Counted from the whole stretch's first letter, positions 12,675 through 25,106 are shown. The stretch: DNA of 63,565 nt, filler included, from Octopus bimaculoides (GCF_001194135.2; 5 parts of 5 records of this genome joined end to end with filler, not necessarily neighbours in it), one strand, 5' to 3'. Translations and numbers: made by a program. Notes: generated from the letters alone by a model not told the origin.

Positions 12675-14648
12675 AACTGAGTGTTAGATTCATGTGTATA
12701 TTTGTTTATACATATATGTGAATATGTGTTGAATTTCTGCATGTGTATATCTTTATATTGTCTGTGTAATTGTGTATGTATGTATTTGTTTATTGCTGGT
12801 TTGTAGGTGGGTAGGAAGAGTATGTGTATGTATATGTACCTATGATGGCTTGTGAATGCATGTGTGTGTGTGTGTGTGTGTGTGTGCTGGTAGTTCTACC
12901 TTAAAAGTATGCAATTGTTATTGAGTTGACATTGAGCTTCAGATGAAGAGATTAAAGGAATGTTTTTTTTCTTGTTCTACTGGAATATGTATGTATGCAT
13001 ATGTGCTTACATGTATGCATGTATCTGTATATGTCTATGTACATATATGTGTGTGTTGTAGTAAGTGGTAATGCTACCAGCTTTTGTTTATTGTTGCTTT
13101 GTGTGTGTGTGTGTGTGTGCATATGTGTGTACCAGTTATTTTTTACTTGAAGAAGTCATTTTAACATCGCAGTTAGTGGCGGTGGTGTTGGTACCAATGT
13201 CGTATGCCAAGTCATCATACATAATATTAAATTTTGTTTTATCCATCCTCCTATGCTCTGAATTCAAACTATGCTGGTGTTTATGATTTATAAATGTAAA
13301 TATAATTCAACAATAACATGTACTGAGGTATGTACCAGGACTGGCTCAATCTACTATACTGTTTCCTTAAATAAAATTGACTTTGTGCCAAGACTGAAGA
13401 AATTGTTATTGCATTGAAAGGTTAGAAACATAAGCACCTGGGAGTAGAATTAGTAGAGAAACATTAGTCTAGGGATAGAAGTGCTAGTGTTTAGAGTTAA
13501 AATATGTAGACTCTAAGGGCAGAATTGGTTGTCTTTTGGATAAAATTGGTAAATAATAACATGGTTATCTTTTCTACAATAACCTCAGGCTTTGTGAGTG
13601 AATTTGGTAAATGGAAAATATGTGGAAGCCTGTGTGTCTTTGTGTTTGAGTTCCTTCCTGCACCATCACCTGAAAAATGATGTTGGTTTGTTTATGTCCC
13701 TGTTAATTAATGATTTGACAAAAGAAACAAATAGAACACGTACCAGACTTTCAAAGAATATATTGATTTGTCCACTCTTTATGATGGTGTTGCCACACCG
13801 TGGCCACAATCCAGTGACTGAAACATGTAATAGGTAAAAGTATAACATTAATATACGAACAGAAATTATTAAGAAATATTAATTGAAGGGTAACATTGTT
13901 AGTAGATAGGGCAGCCAATTACCTTGCTATATATAATCTAGTCTAAGGCAGCAAGCTGGCAGAATCATTAGCATGACAGGCAAGAATGTTTAGTGTCATT
14001 TTGTCTATCTTTACATTCTGAGTTCAAATTCCACCTACGTTGACTTTACTTTTCATTCTTATGAGGTCGATAACATAACAACCGGTCCGAAACCTGCTGG
14101 CCTTGTGCCAAAATTTGAAACCAATATTTAATCAAGTTTCTTTTCACTTGAAATTTAAATGCTGTTTTGTTTGACTTTGCCTTTCATCCTTCCAGAGTGA
14201 TTAAAAATAAAATTCCATTCAAGTACATTTGGACTGTTTCCCTTCCACTCTGAATGTGTGGCCTTCATTCTTGTGTTAGAAATCAATATTAGTGGAAAGC
14301 TAATCTAAATGTATTCCTTTTCTTTTTATTTGTTTCAATCATTTGATTATGGCCATAGTGAGGCACCACCTTGAAGTGTTTTGAATAAACAAATGGACTC
14401 CAGTACTTATTTTTTCAAAGTCTGGTACTTATTCTACCAGTCTCTTTTGCCAAACTGCTAAGCTATGTGAATGCACACAAACCAGCTCTGGATGTTAGGT
14501 GGTGTAGGTGTGGGTGTGTGTGGAGGGAGGGGCAAACACAGTTTCTAAGACATACACATATATGTGTGTGTGCGTTTGTGTATGTGTAAATTAATACACC
14601 CTGTCTGTTGTTTCCTCGCTTGTCTCTCTTGTTTTGCATATAATTTTC

Positions 14649-17600
14649 AATCATCATCATCTTCATCATCATCATCGTTTAATGTCCGCTTTCCATGCTA
14701 GCATGGGTTGGACGATTTGACTGAGGACTGGCGAACCAGATGGCTGCACCAGGCTCCAATCTGATCTGGCAGAGTTTCTACAGCTGGATGCCCTTCCTAA
14801 CGCCAACCACTCCATGTGGGTGCTTTTACATGCCACCGGCACAAGGGCCAGTCTTGGGGTACTGGCAATGGCCACGCTCAAATGGTGTTTTTTACATGCC
14901 ACCTGCACAGGAGTCAGTCCAGCGTCACTGGCAACGACCTTGCTCGAATGTTTTGTTCACATGCCGCCAGCACAAGTGCCAGTAAGGCAACACTGGTAAC
15001 AATCACGCTCAAATGGTGCTTTTTATGTGCCACCGGCATGGAAGCTGGTCAGCTGCTCTGGCAATGATCACGCTCGGATGGAGCTGTTAGCGTTCCACTG
15101 GCATGGGTGCCAGTCATCGAATATGGTTCATTTACGATTTCACTTACCCCAACAGGTCTTCGCAAGCAGAGTTTAGTGTCGAATGAAGGAAGGTTGGCAT
15201 GGATGCCAGGTGTTGAATTTGGTTCGATTTCAAATTCACTTGACTCAACAGGTCTTCGCAAGCAGAGTTTTGTGTCCAAAGAAGGAAAGGTACGCATAAG
15301 TGGGCTGGCTACACCCCTGGCATAGGCCACTGGTTATGGTCTCACTTGTCTTGCTGGGTCTTCTCACGCACTGCATATTTCCAAAGGTCTCGATCACTAG
15401 TCATTGCCTCGGTGAGGCCTAATGTTCGAAGGTCATGCTTCACCACCCCATCCCAGGTCTTCCTGGGTCTACCTCTTCCACAGGTTCCCTCAACTGCTAG
15501 GGTGTGGCACTTTTTCACACAGCTATCCTCATCCATTCTTGCCACATGTCCATACCAGCACAATTGTCTCTCTTGCACACCACAACTGATGCTTCTTAGG
15601 TCTAACTTTTCTCTCAAGGTACTTACACTCTGTCGAGTATGCACACTGACTATACACATCCATCGGAGCATACTGGCTTTATTTCTTGCAAGCATGTCCT
15701 CAGCAGTTACGGCCCATGTTTCACTGCCATGTAGCATGGCGGTTTGTACACATGTATCATACAGTCTACCTTTTACTCTGAGTGAGAGTCCCTTTGTCAC
15801 CAGCAGAGGTAAGAGCTCTCTGAACTTTGCCCAGGCTATTCTTATTCTAGCAGCTACACTTTCAGCACACCCTCCCCCGCTACTGACTTGGTCATGGAAG
15901 CTATCAACTACTTCTAGTTTTTCTCCCTGGAATGTGGCAGAAGTTTTTCTCTACACATTTTCAGTGTTTATTGCTCCTGAGCATCTGCCACATACAAAAA
16001 CTATCTTCCTAGTTAGCCTTCTTTTGATATTGCTGTACCTCTTATGTGTCCATAGCTTACACTGGGTACATCTTATAGAGTTCCTACCTATGCCTTTTCT
16101 ACTGATTGAGCAGGTTCATCTACCTGAAGGGGTTTGTGATTTGTCTACCTTCCTACTTATTAGGACTTTGGTTTTAGTTACGTTGACTCTGAGGCCCTTC
16201 GATTCTAATCCTTGCTTCTGAAACTTCTCTAGTTCTGATAGTGACTCAGCAATTAGAGCAAGGTCATCAGCATAGAGGAGCTCCCAGGGGCATCCTGTCT
16301 TGAATTCCTCTGTTATTGCTTGGAGGACTATGATAAATAGGAGGGGGCTGAGCATTGAACCTTGGTGGACCCCTGCCTCAACCCAGAATTCTTCACTGTA
16401 CTCGTTGCCAACCCTCACCTTACTGAGGCGTCCCTGTACATGGCTCACACAGCTCTCACAAACCATTCGTCTATCCCTAGTTTCTTCATTGACCACCAGA
16501 TAAGGGATCAGGGGACCCTGTCAAAGGCTTTCTCCATGTCAATGAAAGCCAGGTACTGATGTTTATCTTTGGCTAGGTATTTCTCCTGCAGCTGTCTTAC
16601 CAGAAATATGGCATCAAAACCCAAACTGCATCTCATCTAAACTGACTCTCTCCCTAATTAGTTGGGCTATGACCCTCTCTGTGACCTTCATTACCTGGTC
16701 CAACAACTTGATACCTCTGTAATTATTTGTATCTNNNNNNNNNNNNNNNNNNNNNNNNNNNNNNNNNNNNNNNNNNNNNNNNNNNNNNNNNNNNNNNNNN
16801 NNNNNNNNNNNNNNNNNNNNNNNNNNNNNNNNNNNNNNNNNNNNNNNNNNNNNNNNNNNNNNNNNNNNNNNNNNNNNNNNNNNNNNNNNNNNNNNNNNNN
16901 NNNNNNNNNNNNNNNNNNNNNNNNNNNNNNNNNNNNNNNNNNNNNNNNNNNNNNNNNNNNNNNNNNNNNNNNNNNNNNNNNNNNNNNNNNNNNNNNNNNN
17001 NNNNNNNNNNNNNNNNNNNNNNNNNNNNNNNNNNNNNNNNNNNNNNNNNNNNNNNNNNNNNNNNNNNNNNNNNNNNNNNNNNNNNNNNNNNNNNNNNNNN
17101 NNNNNNNNNNNNNNNNNNNNNNNNNNNNNNNNNNNNNNNNNNNNNNNNNNNNNNNNNNNNNNNNNNNNAGTGACGTCCCCAAACCCCTCTCTTTGCAGCC
17201 TCATTTAATGCAAGTGAACCATCATCCATGCAGACACATTTCTCTCCTATGACATCACAATTCCCTCTCACACACTGTCTTGCAACACGAAATACTTTAA
17301 GTCTTTGGTAGCCACGGCGCAGAACATTGGCAAACTTTTTCTTATCTGCTTCCCCTCTGGCTAAATAAACCTGTATCCTAGCTTAGCCTTCTCGTATTCT
17401 GATACAATTCCTTGCTACCTCCGTTCTTCCAGTCCTTCCAAGCCTGTTTCTTTTCTCTAATAGCCCTGTCAACCACATTGTTCCACCACCACGTTACCTT
17501 GGGTTGAGAGAGGACTTTGCACCATCCACAGATCTGGTCAGTGGCTCTCAGCAAGTTGTCTTCCACATTATGTGATGCTATATCCCCTTCTATTTCATCA

Positions 17601-18290
17601 AAGGTTTCGAGTAATATGTCTCTAAATCTCTGTCCACTTGCAGGATCTTTAAGCTTCCAGACCCTTCTCCTCCAAGATGGTCTTCTTCTGGGCATCCATT
17701 TAGCTCTGATCCCGAAGTCCCTAACTATTAATCTATGTTGTGGGGTACATTTTTTACCTGGGAAGGTTTTGGCATCTATAAGCAGCCCTCTTTCCCTTTA
17801 TCTGGCAAGGATGTAGTCAATTTGGCTAGTGTGTCTGCCAGAACGATTGGTGACTAGCAGGTTTCCTGAAGTTGGTATTGCAAATCATAAGATTATTTGC
17901 ATTGCAGAACTCCAGTAGTCTGGTTCTCTCTTCATTGCCGGAACCAAAACCATAGCCTCCATGTACGCCATGGAAGGCCCCTGCATGTTGTCCAACATGT
18001 CCATTGAAATCACCAGCCACAAAGAGAAGGTCCCTGTCATTCGTCAACAAGGTAGTCTGCAATAGGGTGTCATAAAATCGGTCTTTCTACCTATCTGGTA
18101 ACCCCGTTGAGGGGCATAGGCCAAGATAATGGTAGCTAACCTATGGTGAAGCACTAATCTAATCTTAACTACTCTGTCACATACTCTGACCACCTCGATT
18201 ACCTTATCAACCTATTTCTCCGCAAGAAGTATACTCATGCCCCTGACCCCGCCAGTGTTCCCTGCCCAGTGTCCCAAAATGCTAGTGGCC
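14649..18290 (-). mobile_element. RTE-clade LINE, APE-RT remnants with long repetitive 3' UTR and (GAT)n tail
   Basis: APE motif LLFVAGDFNGHVG; RT motifs GVHQGSMLSPLLF and ELLYADDLAL; C-terminal AMLHGSETWAV...WYGHV...GRGRPRKTW; tail (ATC)n at 14649-14677. Confidence 0.92.
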
Positions 18291-19070
18291 TCTCCACCAT
18301 CTCACTGACCCAATCTTTTCTCCACTTGATGTTGGCTGGTAGAAGAAGTGGCTTCCTTCTTGCTGCTCTGCCATAGTAACCAAGTTTGTGGAGATACCTG
18401 ATAGCTGTTCTGGGACTGACATCAGCTTGTTCTGCTATGTCAGAGGCCTTTCAACAAGGATTATCCTCCACATTTCTTTTAGCAAAGAGAAAGGTCCTGT
18501 CAGAGGGCCCTGGTTGATCTGGGTGAGGTGATGTAGACTCCTTTCCCTCTCTGGTGCATTGCACAATCACTCTATTAACTGTAGAAAGTGGGATCCCAAG
18601 GTTTTCTGCGATTTTACACTGACTATATCCACCTTCAGAATGACCCACACTACAGCCCCTTTGAAATTCAGACAGTTCCAAGGCTTCTTTTGTACATGGC
18701 ATAATTAAACAGTCACATATAAGGCGGTGAGCTGGCAGAAACGTTAGCACACCGGGCGAAATGCTTAGCGGTATTTCGTCTGCTGCTACGTTCTGAGTTC
18801 AAATTCCGCCGAGGTCGACTTTGCCTTTCATCCTTTCGGGGTCGATTAAATAAGTACCAGTTACGCACTGGGGTCGATATAATCGACTTAATCCGTTTGT
18901 CTGCCCTTGTTTGTTCCTCTCTGTGTGTAGCCCCTTGTGGGTAGTAAAGAAATAACATATAGAATCTGAAACATAAAAATGTCAATTAATAAAAAGATAT
19001 AAATCTTTACAAGTTAGAATAAACATAAAATGATGTTTTGTGGGGTGTCTATTTACTTCTGTTGTGTGTG
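18290..19070 (-). mobile_element. Tc1-like DNA transposon 5' half (TIR plus HTH region of transposase)
   Basis: [34 protein letters not shown] followed by VSPRTAIRYLHKLGYYGRAARRKPLL. TIR-like ggggtgtctatttacttctg at ~19042-19062. Confidence 0.8.
18722..18954 (+). mobile_element. tRNA-derived SINE family A, full copy with TSD
   Basis: Head ggcggtgagctggcagaaacgttagc and B-box gagttcaaattcc. ACATATA is repeated at 18715-18721 and 18955-18961. Related copies at ~13945-14130, 22069-22290 and 44100-44770. Confidence 0.85.
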
Positions 19071-19739
19071 TGTGTGTGTATAAAGGGTTTCCACCCAGTT
19101 TTTATCTACCAAATTCATTCACTCACAAGGCAGTTGTTGACCAGGAGCTATAGTAGAAGACACTTGCTCAAGGTGGTTGCAAAGTAAACTTCTTAAATTG
19201 GGCGAGCTTTAAATGATCAAATGTTGTTCAGCCATAATTATTCCCCCCTTTTTATTCTATAAGTATAGTATTCCTTGGACTACACTATCCAATGTGTCCT
19301 TTGTTAAGAATGTAGGGGGGTTTAACTTAAAAAAGAAAAATATGGCTGTGCTTATTACTGTTGTTTAGTGGCAGTTGTATCCTGAATGATCAAAGGCAGA
19401 CCAAGTCTCATAAGCATTCTAACTGTGACTAACTCTATGTTCCTTTTTATTCTTTTCCCCCACTGACATGGTGAATCTTGGACTATATCCAATGTGTCCA
19501 CTCTTTTTTAAGATAAGCGCAGATGTGGCTGTGTGGTAAGAGGCTTGCTTCCCAAGCACATGCTGGAGCACTGCCTTCAAGAGTCATAGTTAATCACATT
19601 AATCTCAGTACCTCCTTCAATCTTATACTTGGCTTCTCGGTCTGTTTATCCGACCACTAAACTATATTTTTGACACAAAGAGGCGCATCAACACTCATGT
19701 AAACATATACACAGACATGAACATAAGCACACACACATA

Positions 19740-20100
19740 TATCATTATCAGTGTCATTATTTTAATATCCACTATATACAAGCATGTCCCTTACATCCCT
19801 CTTCAGCTGAGCAGTCCTAATTTTGGGTGCTCATGTGTGCTGGTGCCACATAAAAAGCACCCATACTGATGCCATGTAAAAGCACCTGTGCCAGTGCCAT
19901 GTAAAAGCACCCATGCGAATACTGTGTAAAGGCATCCAGTACTCTCTGTAAAATGGCTGGTGTTAGGGAAGGCATCCAGCTGTAGAAATTAGGCCAAGGT
20001 AGCTCTTCATCTGGCCAGCTCATGTGAAACCATCCAACCCATGCCAACATGGAAAATGGATGTAAATGATGATAATGATGATGATTTTCCTTGCTTGATG
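19740..20100 (-). mobile_element. RTE 3'-UTR fragments
   Basis: Shares gggaaggcatccagctgtagaaa and ccaacccatgccaacatggaaa with the RTE 3' UTR at 14670-14810 and 48480-48640. Confidence 0.65.
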
Positions 20101-20170
20101 AAATCCATTTAAACATTTTCTACTGTTGGATGCCCTTCCTGTCACCAACCCTCTCTTGTTTCTAAGCAAG

Positions 20171-20306
20171 GTAATATTTCCCCAGGCCAGACATGTTTTC
20201 CTGGAAGATTGGAAATGAAGAACATCACTTGTGTGAATGTGATGTTCATTTACAACTATCACAGGATTTCAAGACAAGGACACACACACACACACACGTC
20301 TGTCCA

Positions 20307-20344
<38 letters not shown>

Positions 20345-20756
20345 TATAAAAGGCAAATTTTCTCTGTGTGTGTGTATGTTTAAAATTCATACATTTACAC
20401 AATTCCAAATTTCTTCGATTAAACAATCGCAATTAATATTCTAAATACAATTTGTTAGGTCACTGCGTCATTTTTTCACTCCAAAAATTTCCTAATAACG
20501 AATATAATCCATAAAACTACACGAGTAAACATTTTCTCTCTAATAAAATCTAATTTCCTCTTTCTAATACAAATCCTTTCAACTCCTACTTTCTCTTATG
20601 AACCTTTACNNNNNNNNNNGGTAATATTTCCCCAGGCCAGACATGTTTTCCTGGAAGATTGGAAATGAAGAACATCACTTGTGTGAATGTGATGTTCATT
20701 TACAACTATCACAGGATTTCAAGACAAGGACACACACACACACACACGTCTGTCCA

Positions 20757-20792
<36 letters not shown>

Positions 20793-21057
20793 TATAAAAG
20801 GCAAATTTTCTCTGTGTGTGTGTATGTTTAAAATTCATACATTTACACAATTCCAAATTTCTTCGATTAAACAATCGCAATTAATATTCTAAATACAATT
20901 TGTTAGGTCACTGCGTCATTTTTTCACTCCAAAAATTTCCTAATAACGAATATAATCCATAAAACTACACGAGTAAACATTTTCTCTCTAATAAAATCTA
21001 ATTTCCTCTTTCTAATACAAATCCTTTCAACTCCTACTTTCTCTTATGAACCTTTAC
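20171..21057. other. Near-identical ~440-bp duplication across a 10-N gap (probable false duplication)
   Basis: 20171-20609 and 20620-21057 are essentially identical and abut the gap at 20610-20619. Confidence 0.85.
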
Positions 21058-21352
21058 GAAAACTCCAACAACAAATACAAAAAGAAAGGAAGGAGGAAAA
21101 AAAAACTATTTCAGTATCAAATCACATTTCGATACTGTAATGACAGACAAACGAAGAAGAGTGAGAGTCAAATAAACAGACACACTGCCAATCATACGTA
21201 AATACACACATATATATGTACCTATGGTTACCAATGACCTCATTCTNNNNNNNNNNNNNNNNNNNNNNNNNNNNNNNNNNNNNNNNNNNNTTAATTAATT
21301 AANNNNNNNNNNNNNNNNNNNNNNNNNNNNNNNNNNNNNNNNNNNNATATAT

Positions 21353-21387
<35 letters not shown>

Positions 21388-21820
21388 CTCACAAGCATAC
21401 ATACACCCCCCCACACACAGGTATACATGTATACATACATACATACATATACACTCATCCACACACCTATATACCCATATACATACATATATATATATAT
21501 ACATATATACATACACATACACAATATATACACACACACATATATATATATATATATGTTTGTGTGTGTGTGTGTAGGACAAAATAGGTGTTGAAAATGC
21601 ACTGAGAATAGTTAAAATATATTTTATTATCATATTTATAGAATTAACCGGTTTCACAGTTTACACTGATTTTGGAAAAGTTGAAATAGAAAGACCTGGC
21701 TTATGTCGCAGCTATCTTATTAAAGCATTAGATATAATAAAAAAAATATTTAAACTATTCTCAGTGCATTTTCAAATCATTTCCCCTATATTTCTACTCA
21801 TGTGGAATAAAATAAATTTG

Positions 21821-21863
<43 letters not shown>

Positions 21864-22068
21864 CGAGTATAACCGTTATTTACATGTGGTTTACCAAGTT
21901 TTCATGTAAGAATTAGACGCTACTCTTAGTCCGTGGTTGCTTTACATTCTTAAGACCAAGTTGAATACGAAACTAAGTAGTCAAGACAGCCATTTGGTGA
22001 AATCTCGTGTGAGATGATAAAGTTTATGAAAGAGATTAGACAAAGTTCGTTTCATTATAGAGAAGAAA

Positions 22069-22290
22069 AGGCGGGGAGCTGCCAGAGTCGTTAGCACACC
22101 GGACAAAATACTTAGCAATATTATCTTACGTCTTTATGTTCTGAGTTTAAATTCCGCTGATGTCGACTTTACCTTACATCCATTCGGGGTCTATAAGTTA
22201 AGTGTCAAACACTAGGGTCAATTTAATAGAACATCACCCCCACCACCACTCCTATTATGGAAAATGTCAGGCCTGTGTTAGAATGGTGTT
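22069..22290 (+). mobile_element. SINE family A, diverged copy
   Basis: ggcggggagctgccagagtcgttagcacaccggacaaaatacttagc...ctgagtttaaattccgc. Confidence 0.75.
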
Positions 22291-22394
22291 TGGAGTAGTT
22301 ATATATGGTCTACGTGCGGTAAATCTGTAATTTAGAGAATGCAATGTGTGTGCGTGTGTGAATGTATGAATGTGTAAGTTGATGCTACTACAAC

Positions 22395-22882
22395 TCTTCT
22401 TCTTCTTCTTCTTCTTCTTCTTCTTCTTCTTCTTCTTCTTNNNNNNNNNNNNNNNNNNNNNNNNNNNNNNNNNNNNNNNNNNNNNNNNNNNNNNNNNNNN
22501 NNNNNNNNNNNNNNNNNNNNNNNNNNNNNNNNNNNNNNNNNNNNNNNTCTTCTCCTTCTTCTGCTTCTTCTGCTTCTTCTCCTTCTTCTGCTTCTTCTCC
22601 TTCTTCTGCTTCTTCTCCTTCTTCTGCTTCTTCTCCTTCTCCTCCTCCTCCTCCTTCTCCTTCTTCTTCTTCTTCTTCTTCTTCTTCTTCTTCTTCTTCT
22701 TCTTCTTTTTCTCCTTCTCCTTCTTCTGCTTCTTCTCCTTCTCCTCCTCCTTCTCCTTCTTCTTCTTCTCCTTCTTCTTCTTCTTTTTCTCCTTCTCCTC
22801 CTTCTTCTGCTTCTTCTCCTTCTTCTTCTTCTTCTTCTTCTTCTTCTTCTTCTTCTTCTTCTTCTTCTTCTTCTTCTTCTTC
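22395..22882 (+). repeat. (CTT)n/(CTC)n trinucleotide tract, interrupted by a gap, just upstream of the GPCR splice acceptor
   Basis: Direct reading; ends ~53 nt before the AG at 22934-22935. Confidence 0.95.
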
Positions 22883-22935
22883 AACATGATCATTGTTATT
22901 ATCATTACTCTGTGCTTACTTATTCTCTTTTGCAG

Positions 22936-24057
22936 GTGATGTGCAAAATCTATTACTTCGCCCATTATATGAGTCTCACCGTACCCGTGTTACTGTTGAC
23001 CGTTATTTCAATGGAACGTTACGTGGCCATCTTGCATCCTCTGAAAGCCAAGCAGCTGTTCACTTTTAGACGATTTCGTATTGTTCAAATACTAATTTGG
23101 TTGCTGATGGTCGCTTACAACTCTCCTCAGCTGATTGATTATGACACCTTCACAATAGGCAGCTACACGTATTGCTACATGAGATCAGAAAGAATTCAAA
23201 CCAACGTGTATGTATTAGCCAATCTGATTATTTGGTATGTCATTCCACTGGTAGTGCTAACGTTTATGTATATAAAAATAGCAGCAGCACTTTGGCGTAG
23301 CAGTAGCAGCAGCCTAAACGTAGCATTGAACACAAAATCGGGCAGTAGTATTAAATACAACACGAATATTAGCACGAGTGATCCAGGCAATATGATACAC
23401 TACACTTCTACAACAACTACGTTGGTGCTGAAGGAGAATTCGATAAAAGAAATGGACGCAGAAGTGATACAGTTAAATCGTAATGTAAAAGATATGATGA
23501 AACATCACAGCTTTCGTCAAAGCAGTTTACCTATATCAGAAGCTCAGACGGAGCAAGAATCCATATCTGATTATGAATCACAAATCGAAAATGAAAGAAA
23601 TATGATTTACACCAGAACACCACAAAGTTTCACTGAAAGATCGAAACAAAGCAAGACGACTATTCACAAAAATAGAAACAATAGTCAAAATTTTTCATTT
23701 AAGAAATCATCTTCTACGTGTTCTAACACAAGTCAGTGTGATTCTCCGTATTCGGAAAGAGACGTTCAAATCCATTATCCAAGAATCAGTACACACAAAG
23801 TTATTGAAGCTCGTAAAAAAGTCATCATACTTTTAATTATGATCATTTGTTCATTTGCAGTTCTGGCTTTACCTTATCATATTCGATCCTGTCTCTACTT
23901 GTGGATTGACACGACTTCACTGGGCAGTCTTCTTTCTCCAATTTGTTACTTGCTGTACTACGCTAACAGCGGCTTAAACCCGCTCCTTTACGCTTTGCTT
24001 TCCGAAAACTTCCGAAGGAGTTTCAGAGACTCTTTTAGTTGTAGAAGAAAAAGATAA
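22936..24057 (+). CDS. TrissinR: Terminal coding exon (TM3-TM7, 373 aa) of a rhodopsin-family neuropeptide GPCR, trissin-receptor-like
   Basis: Acceptor ttttgcag|GTG in phase 0. MCK at the top of TM3, ERY motif, TM5 YVIPLVVLTFMYIKIAAALWRSS, long S/T-rich ICL3, TM6 LPYH, TM7 NSGLNPLLYALLSENFR; no stops over 1.1 kb. The YxKIAxALWRSS and LPYHxR..W..NSGxNPLLYAxLSxNFR strings match my recollection of insect trissin receptors. The family assignment is less certain than the GPCR call. Confidence 0.88.
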   Translation: MMCKIYYFAHYMSLTVPVLLLTVISMERYVAILHPLKAKQLFTFRRFRIVQILIWLLMVAYNSPQLIDYDTFTIGSYTYCYMRSERIQTNVYVLANLIIWYVIPLVVLTFMYIKIAAALWRSSSSSLNVALNTKSGSSIKYNTNISTSDPGNMIHYTSTTTTLVLKENSIKEMDAEVIQLNRNVKDMMKHHSFRQSSLPISEAQTEQESISDYESQIENERNMIYTRTPQSFTERSKQSKTTIHKNRNNSQNFSFKKSSSTCSNTSQCDSPYSERDVQIHYPRISTHKVIEARKKVIILLIMIICSFAVLALPYHIRSCLYLWIDTTSLGSLLSPICYLLYYANSGLNPLLYALLSENFRRSFRDSFSCRRKR

Positions 24058-24697
24058 ATATTTCTCTCTTTCCCTTTCCTATTGTACCTATTACTTTAAT
24101 TAATCTATGCCAAATTTTAAGAAACGCTAACATGAAAAACTGAAAATGTATCATTTCTATATCTGAAAATTATAATTTACACAAGTGCATATATGTATGT
24201 GTGTGGTGTATATTGAAATTTTGGGGTTTATTTTGTCTGTTCTAAGTGAATATACTATTTTCAAAATCTCTTTATGAAATATTTAACTTTATATTTTCAT
24301 CCATCTGTTCGATTTTCGCTTGCACATCGAGTAACACATTAGATCTATTGTTTCTTCGCGTCTGCTTTTATTACTTGCAAATTCCGTTTTTTTTTTTTTC
24401 AACTTCGAAAATAACAGACCATTGTTTACCTACTGTGTCTAGAATTTCGACATTTTCTTTTTGTCCTTTGCATTTATTCATTTTTGAAGCAGAATCAAAT
24501 TTATAAGGGGATAATTAGAGTGTTTCCTGTAATAGGTGTTGTGGCCGAAGTCTTTTCAGGGAAACAACATTTGGATAGGGTTAAAAGGAAATAAAGTGTG
24601 CCACAAGGAATTGTGACTAATGATATTTTGTAGGAACACTTAATTATTGATTTCACATTTTAATGTGGTATTGGGGTTGTTAAACAGTTATTGGCGG

Positions 24698-24823
24698 GAT
24701 CACTGTTATTATCATTACTCTGTGCTTATTTTCTTTTGCAGGTGATGTGCAAAATCTATTACTTCGTCCATTATATGAGTCTCACCGTACCCGTTTTACT
24801 GTTGACCGTTATTTGAATGGAAC
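24698..24823 (+). pseudogene. Partial duplicate of the GPCR intron end and TM3 coding segment with premature TGA
   Basis: Copy of ~22888-23017 including ttttgcag|GTGATGTGC (AG ends 24741); reads VMCKIYYFVHYMSLTVPVLLLTVI* with TCA>TGA at 24814-24816. Confidence 0.9.
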
Positions 24824-24839
24824 ATTTGGTGGGCTGCGT

Positions 24840-24840
<1 letters not shown>

Positions 24841-24901
<61 letters not shown>

Positions 24902-24927
24902 TGATGATGATGATGATAATAATGATG

Positions 24928-24958
<31 letters not shown>

Positions 24959-25106
24959 TGATGATGATGATGATGATGATAATAATGATGATGATAATAA
25001 TAATGATAATAATAATGATGATAATAATAATAATGATGATAATAATAATAATAGTAATAATAATAGTAATAATAATAGTAATAATAATAATAAATACTGA
25101 TGATGA
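24841..25106 (+). repeat. Compound (AAT)n/(GAT)n microsatellite
   Basis: Direct reading. Confidence 0.95.

Noticed and set aside
14820-15330. Short imperfect direct repeats resembling an array
   Set aside because: They are internal repeats of the RTE 3' UTR, also present at 47850-48470; not CRISPR-like and without unique spacers.
20171-21057. Tandem ~440-bp duplication
   Set aside because: The copies are essentially identical and meet at a 10-N gap, typical of unmerged overlapping contig ends.
21291-21302. TTAATTAATTAA islands inside N runs (also 32271-32282, 47277-47288, 57166-57177)
   Set aside because: Each sits between N runs of about 44 bases (44+12+44 = 100 at the first site) and has stops in all six frames; this is a scaffolding linker, not biology.
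1-22900. Upstream TM1-TM2 exons of the GPCR
   Set aside because: No GNxLV or TNxFLxNLAxAD-type coding segment was found by eye; probably outside the window or in a gap.
22267-22965. Poly-Lys/Glu and poly-Phe ORFs
   Set aside because: Translations of the (CTT)n tract and an N gap.
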